From the NCBI GenBank assembly GCA_038746055.1, contig JBCDKX010000001.1, forward strand, positions 1,215 to 65,214: a stretch of DNA of 64,000 nt, written 5' to 3'. This document shows, one piece after another, positions 40,653 to 48,899 of this stretch. A program made the translations under genes and the position numbers. Each line of letters opens with the position of its first letter. Position 1 is the first letter of the stretch. The notes under the pieces were generated by a model that did no database searches, had not been told where the DNA came from, and worked only from the letters and a program-made list of their open reading frames with translations. The DNA is from Pseudomonadota bacterium (GTDB lineage: Bacteria > Pseudomonadota > Alphaproteobacteria > Sphingomonadales > Sphingomonadaceae).

Positions 40653-41105
40653 TCAGCTAGCTGCCGGAATGCCGCCTGCGGCGACCAGCGCAAAGACGAA
40701 CGCAAATACCGCAAAGCCTTCAATGATGGCGGCAGGAGCAAGCGAAATGCCGAAAATCTCAGGCTTGTCCTTTGCAGCGGCAATGGCCGAGGCACAGGCC
40801 TTGCCTTGCCATATGCCAATAACAAGGAAAGACAATGCAGAGAGCATACCAATAGCAAAGAGCCCACCAGCATTATCCCCTGTGACGGGTCGATTGAGCG
40901 TGAACATGACCACGATGCCATAAATCACCAAAGTTGATGGTAGGACAGACATCCCAACGAAACGTCCATAACCGCTTTCGCTTTCCAACATTGCCCCAAC
41001 GCTGGCGGAGCCCGCAAGCGCGCAGCCCATGCCGCTACCAATTGCGCCAAGCGCCACAGGCGCATAAATGCCGGTCCAGCCGAGCAAAATCATAAATTCA
41101 TTCAT
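40653..41105 (-). CDS. ntpK: V/A-type ATPase proteolipid subunit K (c), four TM helices
   Basis: 150 aa, two hairpins; LPSTLVIYG, WQGKAC and a single essential Glu in AAIIEGFAVF. Confidence 0.92.
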   Translation of the reverse strand: MNEFMILLGWTGIYAPVALGAIGSGMGCALAGSASVGAMLESESGYGRFVGMSVLPSTLVIYGIVVMFTLNRPVTGDNAGGLFAIGMLSALSFLVIGIWQGKACASAIAAAKDKPEIFGISLAPAAIIEGFAVFAFVFALVAAGGIPAAS

Positions 41106-42922
41106 GTCGCTTCCACTCGCTTTAAAGAAAAGGGGCTGAACGCTTCGCCTTCTTCGTCAAAACCCCATTTGAAAAACTCGATATAATTTAGCCGCAGGCC
41201 GTGCACGACGCCGCTAATGATGGCGAGTGCCAGGTTCAGCCCATGACCAAGCAGTAAGATCAGTGCCGCGGCCAGGAAGCCCAGTCCGGGCAAGGCATCA
41301 TACGCGCTCATAGCCAGCTGGTTGAAGGTGACGGCAAGCGACGCGCTCGCAAGACCAAGGGCAAACAAGCGCATATAACTGAGGATGTCACCAAAAGCAG
41401 TCATGGCACCGGCAAGCGCTTGAGCGCCATCAATTAGGCGTTTAGCCTGCGTTTTTAGGCTGCCGCCTTTTGCAGTGCTGGAAAAGAAAAAAACCAAAGC
41501 AAAGCCAAGGCCCAAAGCGATGGGCGCAAAACGGTTAACCATTTCGAATTCACCTGCCGCATACAGCAGGTAGCCGCTGATGGAGACAGTAATCCAACCA
41601 AATTTTGACAGCATGTCCGGTGTACTGCGATGCACATAGGCTGATAGCAGATTGGCGATCACAATGTGCAGCACGCCTACGCCGATCGACAATCGCATCA
41701 TCGTATCAAAATCGTTGATTGAGAGGATATTGATTGCAGCAAGCGGGCTGCCATCTGGTGGCGCAGCGCCGAAATAGCTGCCAACCAAAGCGCCATATAA
41801 ACAGGTGGCAAACACCAGCCATGCGCCAAGCGTTCGGTATGATCTTCCGCGTACAGTCCCGCCTAACCGGCGCCAAAAAATGGCAAGTAGCGCGCCTAAA
41901 ACGAGGCCATAACCAGCATCGGCCATGATCATAGCGAAGAACAGCGGAAAGGAGATCAAAAGAAGCAGCGTAGGGTCCCAGGAACCATAGCTGGGTACCT
42001 GATAAAAAAGCGACAAATCGACCCCCGATTGCCGCACTTCAGATTGCTGCAAAAGCGTCGGTGGCATGTCATCAGGATCAGGATCATTTGCGTGGATAGC
42101 AAGGCCTTTTTCCTGCGCAAATGCTTCAATATTCTTGAGCTGGTCGCTAGGCGCCCAGCCTTGTAAAGCGACCAAGGCGTCGTCGCGATATGCCGCACGT
42201 TCACCTCGGTTCAGCTCTGCCTGATTTTCTGCGGCATTTAGATTGGCTTCAATCAACCCAATAAACCGTGTCAGCGCGGTTCTTTCGGCAGCGAGATCGT
42301 CTAGCTCGATTTCTGTCTCGCGCAGGTCTTCACGCAAAGCCGTTATGCTTTTTGAACCCATATGAACCCGAGGCACGGGCAGCAGATCCGGGGCTGGCTC
42401 ATCCGGCGCAATCACAACAACATAAGCAAAACGCGCATCAACGGCTGCGACAAGCCAGGGCTGCGATAACGCCTCAAGCGCATCGGACTGACGCCGTGGC
42501 AAGACATAGAACCAAAAGTGATAGCCCGCTGGCGCGCCGTCGTTGGAGAATTCAATAGTGCCCCAAGGTTCAATATCCTTGATGCGTGCACGCAAATAAT
42601 CTCGCTTGTCATTGGTCACCCGCAAGCGTGTTTTGATGTCGAGCGCTTGCGTGACGACGGGTTCGAGCTGAAAGCCATCTCGGCGCAAAACCTGGCGACG
42701 TTGATAGGTTGCATCTTTCAGGAATTTCAATGCCTTGCGGGCGTCGGTTATGGGTGCGTTGGCTGTTGGTGAAAGGTCATCATTTTCATGCACCGTTTTC
42801 GTGTCTTGAGCTTTGAAAGGCGTCAGGTGGAGACAGCCCAGTGCCTGCAGGCCCTCAAGCAAACCATGCTTGTCTTTTGCTGCGCCAAATACGGTGACAT
42901 GCTTTAGCGGTGTAATGCTCAT
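41102..42922 (-). CDS. ntpI: V/A-type ATPase subunit I (a)
   Basis: 606 aa; LQALGCLH, IEPWG, LQGWAP, PPTLL, PSYGSWDPT, FFAMIMADAGYG and essential Arg in DILSYMRLFALGLAS; HGLRLNYIEFF. Confidence 0.93.
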   Translation of the reverse strand: MSITPLKHVTVFGAAKDKHGLLEGLQALGCLHLTPFKAQDTKTVHENDDLSPTANAPITDARKALKFLKDATYQRRQVLRRDGFQLEPVVTQALDIKTRLRVTNDKRDYLRARIKDIEPWGTIEFSNDGAPAGYHFWFYVLPRRQSDALEALSQPWLVAAVDARFAYVVVIAPDEPAPDLLPVPRVHMGSKSITALREDLRETEIELDDLAAERTALTRFIGLIEANLNAAENQAELNRGERAAYRDDALVALQGWAPSDQLKNIEAFAQEKGLAIHANDPDPDDMPPTLLQQSEVRQSGVDLSLFYQVPSYGSWDPTLLLLISFPLFFAMIMADAGYGLVLGALLAIFWRRLGGTVRGRSYRTLGAWLVFATCLYGALVGSYFGAAPPDGSPLAAINILSINDFDTMMRLSIGVGVLHIVIANLLSAYVHRSTPDMLSKFGWITVSISGYLLYAAGEFEMVNRFAPIALGLGFALVFFFSSTAKGGSLKTQAKRLIDGAQALAGAMTAFGDILSYMRLFALGLASASLAVTFNQLAMSAYDALPGLGFLAAALILLLGHGLNLALAIISGVVHGLRLNYIEFFKWGFDEEGEAFSPFSLKRVEAT

Positions 42923-43542
42923 AGCGCACCATCCATTCCGTGCGTGGCGGCTTGCGCATGCCTGTTCTTCGAGAGTTTTGATCGCACAACAGCGCTCACC
43001 TGCTCATCAGATAGGTACACCTTGATACGTTTGATATTGGCTTTGGTGCGGGGAATGAGTACCTTTTCAAACAAATTCACACGCTGGCGAATTGTTTTGA
43101 CGGCCTCATCCAGGATCGCCAATCGTTCTGCCTCAATGGTGCGGCGCATATGCAGCTCCATCGCCATGCATAACCGTTCAGTGACGAAATCGACCCAATG
43201 CGGTCGGGTTAATGCGCCATAGTCTTGCGTTTCAATGTCAACGTTTTGCAGCGTTGGGAGGGTGACGCCCACAACATTCTGCGTGCCACACTGCACACCT
43301 TTTATGCGCACCAGTCCGTCCAACGACACGCTGGTATTGGCAAGCATCGGAGCCTCAGCGCCTAAGTCCCGGGTGACTGCTTCAATCTCGCGATCCGTCT
43401 CGGCCACAGCGCGCTTGGCGAGACTTTGCTCGGCCATCAGCTGTTGGCGTTTTAAGTCGAGAGAGGGCAAAAACCGTTCATAGGTTTTAAGGCTTGTTAC
43501 TTCGCGCGATAGCGACGATTTATTCAGTTGCAGTCTAGCCAT
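42919..43542 (-). CDS. ntpD: V/A-type ATPase subunit D
   Basis: From ATG 43542: MARLQLNKSSL...RFLPSLDLKRQQL...NVVGVTLP...RQRVNLFEKVLIP. Confidence 0.92.
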   Translation of the reverse strand: MARLQLNKSSLSREVTSLKTYERFLPSLDLKRQQLMAEQSLAKRAVAETDREIEAVTRDLGAEAPMLANTSVSLDGLVRIKGVQCGTQNVVGVTLPTLQNVDIETQDYGALTRPHWVDFVTERLCMAMELHMRRTIEAERLAILDEAVKTIRQRVNLFEKVLIPRTKANIKRIKVYLSDEQVSAVVRSKLSKNRHAQAATHGMDGAL

Positions 43543-44944
43543 CGGCCATATCCAGCTGCGTAGCAGGCGTATCGTCCGGCGATGCGGACACAGCCTTGGC
43601 GTCATCCTCTTTGGACGGGAAGTATTTGTCGATGAGGCCCTGTTTCATCAAAAGCTCATCCGCATCAAAGCATTCGGCCAATGTCTGCCAACTTAAATCC
43701 AGGGCCTCTTCCAAAGCCATGGAGACATCGATCTTCATAAATCGCTCGCGAAACAGAGCCGCGAATTTCAGCAATCGCTGATCAAACGCCGAAAGCTCAA
43801 ATGCCATCGCTTGTTTCTGTTCAGCATCACAACCACTGGCATAAAAGCGGATCATGGTATTCATGATTTGGCTGTGATCTTCGCGCGTCGCCTTGCCGAT
43901 CACATTTTGCTTAAGGCGCGACAGCGAGCCAAACGGATCGATGACGCCGTCGTGCAAGTAGAACTGACCTTCAGTAATATAGCCGGTATTGTCCGGGACT
44001 GGATGGGTGACATCGTCACCGGGCATGGTCGTCACCGACAAAATCGTGACCGAGCCGCCTTTGGCATAGTTGCAAGCCTTTTCATAACGGCTGGCCAGCT
44101 GTGAATAGAGGTCGCCCATATAGCCTCGGTTGGAAGGCACTCGCTCCATGGAGATACCCACTTCTTTCAACGCATCTGCATAGGCCGTCATATCGCTCAT
44201 CAGCACCAGGACGCGTTTGCCTTCCTCAACCGCAAAGCGCTCGGCGATCGCCAGCGCCATATCCGGAACAAGCAAACGCTCGACAATGGGGTCTGCCGCG
44301 AGGTTGACGATCATCACGGTTCTGGCGAACAGACCGGAATCCTCAAAAGTCTGCCTAAACATGTGAAAGTCATCAAAGATGAGTCCCATGCCGCAGAACA
44401 CCACAACATCTGCATCGGCTTGTACACCAATACGCGCGAGGAACGGATTATAGGGCTCACCAGAGACAGAAAATATGGGAATTTTCTGGCTCTCGACGAG
44501 GCAATTGAAGACATCGATCATGGGCACATTGGTGCGGATCATTTTATTTGGGACAACACGGTCAACCGGATTTACCGACGGACCGCCGATTGTGATCTGG
44601 CGTTCCAAATCAAGATCTGGCCCACCGTCTATGGTTTCGCCAACGCCATTGAAAACACGACCCAGAATATTCTCTGAATATGACACTTGCATAGGTCGGC
44701 CAAGGAAGGTGACCGCTGCCGTGGTTGAAATGCCTTTGGTTCCGGAGAACATCTGTAACGATACCAGGTCACGATTAATGCCGATCACCTGGGCAAATGA
44801 CCGCACATTGCCGTCTGCTATCACCGCCAGATCACCCAGACGTGCTGCTGGCTCCTCATCTGGCCCTGCCAGTGGCACATGGACGCGCAAGATATCGCCA
44901 ACGATTTCGGTGATCCGGGAGTAGCGCTTCATCGCGTCAATCAT
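43535..44944 (-). CDS. ntpB: V/A-type ATPase subunit B
   Basis: LGRVFNG.G..IDGGP, SQKIPIFS, DMTAYADALKE, PSNRGYMGDLYS, DDVTHPVPDNTGYITEGQ, SLSRLKQ. Confidence 0.96.
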   Translation of the reverse strand: MIDAMKRYSRITEIVGDILRVHVPLAGPDEEPAARLGDLAVIADGNVRSFAQVIGINRDLVSLQMFSGTKGISTTAAVTFLGRPMQVSYSENILGRVFNGVGETIDGGPDLDLERQITIGGPSVNPVDRVVPNKMIRTNVPMIDVFNCLVESQKIPIFSVSGEPYNPFLARIGVQADADVVVFCGMGLIFDDFHMFRQTFEDSGLFARTVMIVNLAADPIVERLLVPDMALAIAERFAVEEGKRVLVLMSDMTAYADALKEVGISMERVPSNRGYMGDLYSQLASRYEKACNYAKGGSVTILSVTTMPGDDVTHPVPDNTGYITEGQFYLHDGVIDPFGSLSRLKQNVIGKATREDHSQIMNTMIRFYASGCDAEQKQAMAFELSAFDQRLLKFAALFRERFMKIDVSMALEEALDLSWQTLAECFDADELLMKQGLIDKYFPSKEDDAKAVSASPDDTPATQLDMADG

Positions 44945-45672
44945 GACGTTAGCACCTGTTCTACCGCGTTAATGGGCGGCAGACTAAGCTCCATTTCTGG
45001 CGGCTCGTCATCAAAAAGGAGTGGCGCGTCCGTCGCATTCATAACACTGTCGACAGATTGACCAGGGCCTACTTCGCGCAGGACTAAACCGGCATCGCTC
45101 GGTTCAATCACGGCCATTTCAGTGACAATAAGGTCAACTCGCTGAAGCGCTGTGAGCGGCAAACTGCAGGCTTGCTTGATCTTCGGTTTGCCTTTGGCGG
45201 TGTGGGTCATGGCCACGACAACCCGTCGCGCACCGGTAACCAGATCCATAGCGCCGCCCATACCGGGCACCATTTTCCCAGGAACGGTCCAATTCGCCAA
45301 GCAGCCTTCAGAATCCACTTCCAGCCCGCCCAGAACCGTCATATCCAGATGGCCGCCGCGGATAAGGGCAAAACTCATCGCACTATCGATCGACGCAGCG
45401 CCGGGGACAGCGGACACAAAACCGCCACCAGCATCGGTCAAAAATGGGTCTTCCATGCCTTCAGGCGGGCGGGCACCAAGGCCAATGACGCCGTTTTCCG
45501 CTTGGAAAAAAACGCCCTCAACGTCCTTGAGGAAGCCGACAACACGGCTTGGAAGACCTATGCCCAAATTTACCAACATGCCTGACGCGACTTCCTCTGC
45601 AACGCGGGCGGCGATGATGTCTTTGGGGTCGTAGTCAAGACGGGTTTCGGGGACCTGGGCTGTGATTGTCAT
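44941..45672 (-). CDS. atoA: Family I CoA-transferase beta subunit (AtoA/CtfB-like)
   Basis: VNLGIGLP, catalytic Glu in QAENG, IRGGHLD.TVLGG, PGMGGAMDLV; ATGA overlap with the ATPase B start. Confidence 0.9.
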   Translation of the reverse strand: MTITAQVPETRLDYDPKDIIAARVAEEVASGMLVNLGIGLPSRVVGFLKDVEGVFFQAENGVIGLGARPPEGMEDPFLTDAGGGFVSAVPGAASIDSAMSFALIRGGHLDMTVLGGLEVDSEGCLANWTVPGKMVPGMGGAMDLVTGARRVVVAMTHTAKGKPKIKQACSLPLTALQRVDLIVTEMAVIEPSDAGLVLREVGPGQSVDSVMNATDAPLLFDDEPPEMELSLPPINAVEQVLTS

Positions 45673-45674
45673 GG

Positions 45675-46328
45675 TCAGGCAGCCCTTTCCAGAACATGGC
45701 TCACCAAAACGCCGGGCGTTTTGACGCCATCTGGTGGAATCACGCCGACCGGAACAATAGTCTGCGCTTCGGCAATCACTGTGTCAGCCGCGAGTGCCAT
45801 GACGGGGTTAAAGTTATGGGCGGTCAGCGCATAATTCAGATTACCCACATAATCGGCTTCATGGGCACCGATAAGCGCAAAATCCGCCCGTAACGGGGTC
45901 TCGAGCAGATACTCAATGCCCTCTACGTCAATGATTTGTTTGCCGTCCTGGACGGGAGTGCCGAGTCCTGTTCGCGTTAGAACCCCACCTAAACCGCTGC
46001 CACCGGCGCGGATACGTTCGACTAAAGTGCCTTGCGGGGAAAGCTCGACAATGATGTCGCCACTGATCATTTTTGCCTGGGTCTCTGGATTAAGACCAAT
46101 ATGGGAGGTAATGAGTTTTGCCACCGCGCCTGCCGTAATCAGTTTGCCGATCCCGACACCCGGCTGCGCTGTGTCATTGGCAATGATGGTAAGATTCTCA
46201 GGCGCCCGCGCCACCAATGCATCAATCAAACGGTGCGGCGAACCAACACCCATAAAGCCGCCAATCATAACCGTTGCGCCATTCTTTATAAGCGCAGCCG
46301 CAGCATCTGGCTTGAGCGCATTTTTCAT
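45675..46328 (-). CDS. atoD: Family I CoA-transferase alpha subunit (AtoD/CtfA-like)
   Basis: MIGGFMGVGSP, IANDT, SHIGLNPET, PQGTLVERIRAGGSGLGG, NFNPVMALAA. Confidence 0.92.
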   Translation of the reverse strand: MKNALKPDAAAALIKNGATVMIGGFMGVGSPHRLIDALVARAPENLTIIANDTAQPGVGIGKLITAGAVAKLITSHIGLNPETQAKMISGDIIVELSPQGTLVERIRAGGSGLGGVLTRTGLGTPVQDGKQIIDVEGIEYLLETPLRADFALIGAHEADYVGNLNYALTAHNFNPVMALAADTVIAEAQTIVPVGVIPPDGVKTPGVLVSHVLERAA

Positions 46329-47530
46329 AGCGCCGCTCCCATCGTGCTGTGGCGGACTGTCCCATGAAATCCTGGCTTAGCTGCCCGAACCAAGCGTTCG
46401 GTTTCCTGAGCGATCACGCGCTCCTCATCGGTAGGAATGATGAGAATCGGCACCCGACCTGCGCTGATTTCAGTCTCATTGCAGGCATTTGCTGGTTCAT
46501 CTATGAGCAGACCCAAATAGTCCAAATCACGTACTGCACCGTCGCGGATGGCTGGAGCGTTCTCGCCAATGCCGCCACAGAAAACAAGTGCATCGATGCC
46601 GCCCAGCACGGCTGTCATTGCTCCTATCTCGCGCTTTAATCGGAAGGTAAAATAATCAACTGCTTGGCGAGCGTGATGTGCGTCGCTTTCTAAAAGCGTA
46701 CGCATATCATGGCTGATACCCGACAGACCTTTGAGGCCACTTTCCTTATAAAGCAGAGTGGTGATGTCATCGGTCGATATACCTTGCTCCAGGAGGTAGA
46801 GAATAACGCCCGGGTCTAGCTGCCCGCACCGGGTTCCCATGGGCAGGCCGTCAAGCGCGGAAAAACCCATGGTTGAGCCTATGCTCACGCAATTTTGCAG
46901 TGCGCATAAGGAAGCACCGTTGCCAAGATGCGCGACAATTACCCGTCCTCGGGCAATTTTGGGCCAGTCTTCACACAGCTTCTCTGTGATGTATTGATAG
47001 GACAGTCCGTGAAAACCATAGCGCCTAATACCTGCCTCATAGAGTTCTCGCGGCAGCGCGAAAGTGTCATTGACCCAAGGATGATTTCTATGGAAGGCGG
47101 TATCAAAACACCCGACTTGAAGAGCTTTAGGAAAAGCCGCTTTTGCAGCAGCAATTCCCGCTAAGTTCCCGGGTTGGTGCAGTGGTGCGAGCGATGAAAG
47201 TTGTTTCAGCTCTGCCACCACTGTGTCGGTAAGTAGTTGGGGGCGTTGAAAGTACTTACCGCCGTGCACCACCCGGTGGCCAATCCCAGAAAGGTGGGGA
47301 CTGTCTAGGATTGGCTCAATAGTGTTCAAGATAATCTGCAGGGCATCGGAATGGTTGTCGGCCGACACCGCTTGTTCAGTTTTTCGGTCGCCGTTCTCAA
47401 ATGTCAGGCGCGCCTGTGGGCCAAGGCTCTCAACCTGTCCTTTGGCTTCAACAGTCAAGCCGCTATTGCTTGAATAGACTGAGAATTTCAGCGATGAGCT
47501 CCCAGCATTAAGGGTCAGAATAGCGGTCAT
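46325..47530 (-). CDS. ackA: Acetate/propionate family kinase
   Basis: LNAGSSSLKF, GHRVVHGG, LAPLHQP, FDTAFH, RRYGFHGLSY, AHLGNGAS, DGLPMGTR, GGIGEN, PTDEE. Confidence 0.95.
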   Translation of the reverse strand: MTAILTLNAGSSSLKFSVYSSNSGLTVEAKGQVESLGPQARLTFENGDRKTEQAVSADNHSDALQIILNTIEPILDSPHLSGIGHRVVHGGKYFQRPQLLTDTVVAELKQLSSLAPLHQPGNLAGIAAAKAAFPKALQVGCFDTAFHRNHPWVNDTFALPRELYEAGIRRYGFHGLSYQYITEKLCEDWPKIARGRVIVAHLGNGASLCALQNCVSIGSTMGFSALDGLPMGTRCGQLDPGVILYLLEQGISTDDITTLLYKESGLKGLSGISHDMRTLLESDAHHARQAVDYFTFRLKREIGAMTAVLGGIDALVFCGGIGENAPAIRDGAVRDLDYLGLLIDEPANACNETEISAGRVPILIIPTDEERVIAQETERLVRAAKPGFHGTVRHSTMGAAL

Positions 47531-48897
47531 TCTTTTGCTCCTTCATACGCAAGCACAGCCAGCGCGCATGAGGACAGACGCGCTTTCGCGCTATCGGCGC
47601 GACTGGTCAGTATGATCGGACATTTGCAACCAAGCACCAGTCCAGCGGCTTCGGCATGCGCCAAATAGGTGAGCTGTTTGGCAATCATGTTCCCGGCATC
47701 CAGATTTGGCGCGACCAAAATTTGCGCTTGCCCTGCCACTGAGGACGTAATGCCCTTGGTACGGGCCGCTCCCAAATCTATGGCGTTGTCCATGGCAAGC
47801 GGGCCATCAACCAGCCCGCCTGTAATCTGACCGCGCTCCGCCATTTTAGACAGTAGGGCTGCATCGAGTGTCGAAGGAATGGCAGGATTAACCGTCTCGA
47901 CTGCAGCCAAGATTCCGACCCTTGGATTATCCAGGTGCAGAGCTATGGCCAAGTCGATAGCATTTTGAACAATATCGGCTTTGGTTTTTAAGTCCGGGGC
48001 TATGTTGATGGCAGCATCGGTCACCATCAGCGCATGATCGAGTCCCGGCACGTCCATGACAAAGGCGTGGCTGATCCGACGGCCTGTCCTAAGCCCATTA
48101 TCTTTTTTCACAACAGCACTGAGCAGGACATCGGTGTGCAAATGGCCTTTCATAAGCGCGGCAACAGCCCCCTCATGAACCAGTTCAACACCGCGCTGCG
48201 CTGCGGCATGGTGGTTCATGGCCTCGATGATTTCGAATTGCGAAATATCCAAGCCATCTTCCTCGGCCTCCGATCGTATCTTTTTTGGGTCTCCTACAAA
48301 GACGGGTTCGATCAGACCATTATCTGCAGCGAGCACCGGGCCGGTCAGTGCGTCGCGTTTTTCCGGCGCGATAACCGCCGTGCGCAGCGGTTTAAACTGC
48401 CGTGATGCTGCTAGTATCTCATCAAAGTGCCGATGTCTGCGCACAGTTAGACCGGGCACATCGGCCACTTCGTAAGAGTGCGTTGCTTCCGGCGCGATAA
48501 CATCTGCCTGCCCCTCTAAAATTCGGCCGCCGTCATCGGATTCAACCCAGGTCTCAAACCGGGCCATGCGATCAGGACCCTTTTCCAGGAGGCGCACATG
48601 GGCAGTCAGCGTATCTCCGGCAGCGGCGCGCTTTAAAAACCGCAGCGTCTGCTGGTGATATAATGTGTCAGGTCCGGGCAGTTTATTGCCCAAAACAGCG
48701 GAAATGAGCGATGCAACCCACATGCTAGGCGCTATTGCTTGATTTCCACCAAGCTCATTGTCATTCGGCATATGCAGCGGATTATGATCTCCGGATGCAT
48801 TGGCAAAGATGTAAAAGTCATCAGCCCGGCACAGCCGGGTTTCACTGGCGGTCATGCCTACTTCAAGTTCATCATAGGGAATGTTGCGAACAAGCAT
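47527..48897 (-). CDS. Bifunctional MaoC-type (R)-enoyl-CoA hydratase / phosphate acetyl(butyryl)transferase
   Basis: N-terminal hot-dog motif FANASGDHNPLH...LGNKLPGP; C-terminal Ptb/Pta domain LMKGHLHTD, RRISH, TDAAINIAPDL, DGPLAMDNAI, NLDAGNM, ILTSRADS. Confidence 0.92.
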   Translation of the reverse strand: MLVRNIPYDELEVGMTASETRLCRADDFYIFANASGDHNPLHMPNDNELGGNQAIAPSMWVASLISAVLGNKLPGPDTLYHQQTLRFLKRAAAGDTLTAHVRLLEKGPDRMARFETWVESDDGGRILEGQADVIAPEATHSYEVADVPGLTVRRHRHFDEILAASRQFKPLRTAVIAPEKRDALTGPVLAADNGLIEPVFVGDPKKIRSEAEEDGLDISQFEIIEAMNHHAAAQRGVELVHEGAVAALMKGHLHTDVLLSAVVKKDNGLRTGRRISHAFVMDVPGLDHALMVTDAAINIAPDLKTKADIVQNAIDLAIALHLDNPRVGILAAVETVNPAIPSTLDAALLSKMAERGQITGGLVDGPLAMDNAIDLGAARTKGITSSVAGQAQILVAPNLDAGNMIAKQLTYLAHAEAAGLVLGCKCPIILTSRADSAKARLSSCALAVLAYEGAKE

Positions 48898-48899
48898 TG

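Noticed and set aside
40640-40921. N-terminal extension of ATPase subunit E (323-aa ORF call)
   Set aside because: It overlaps subunit K in another frame; ATG 40639 with an RBS gives a normal E subunit.
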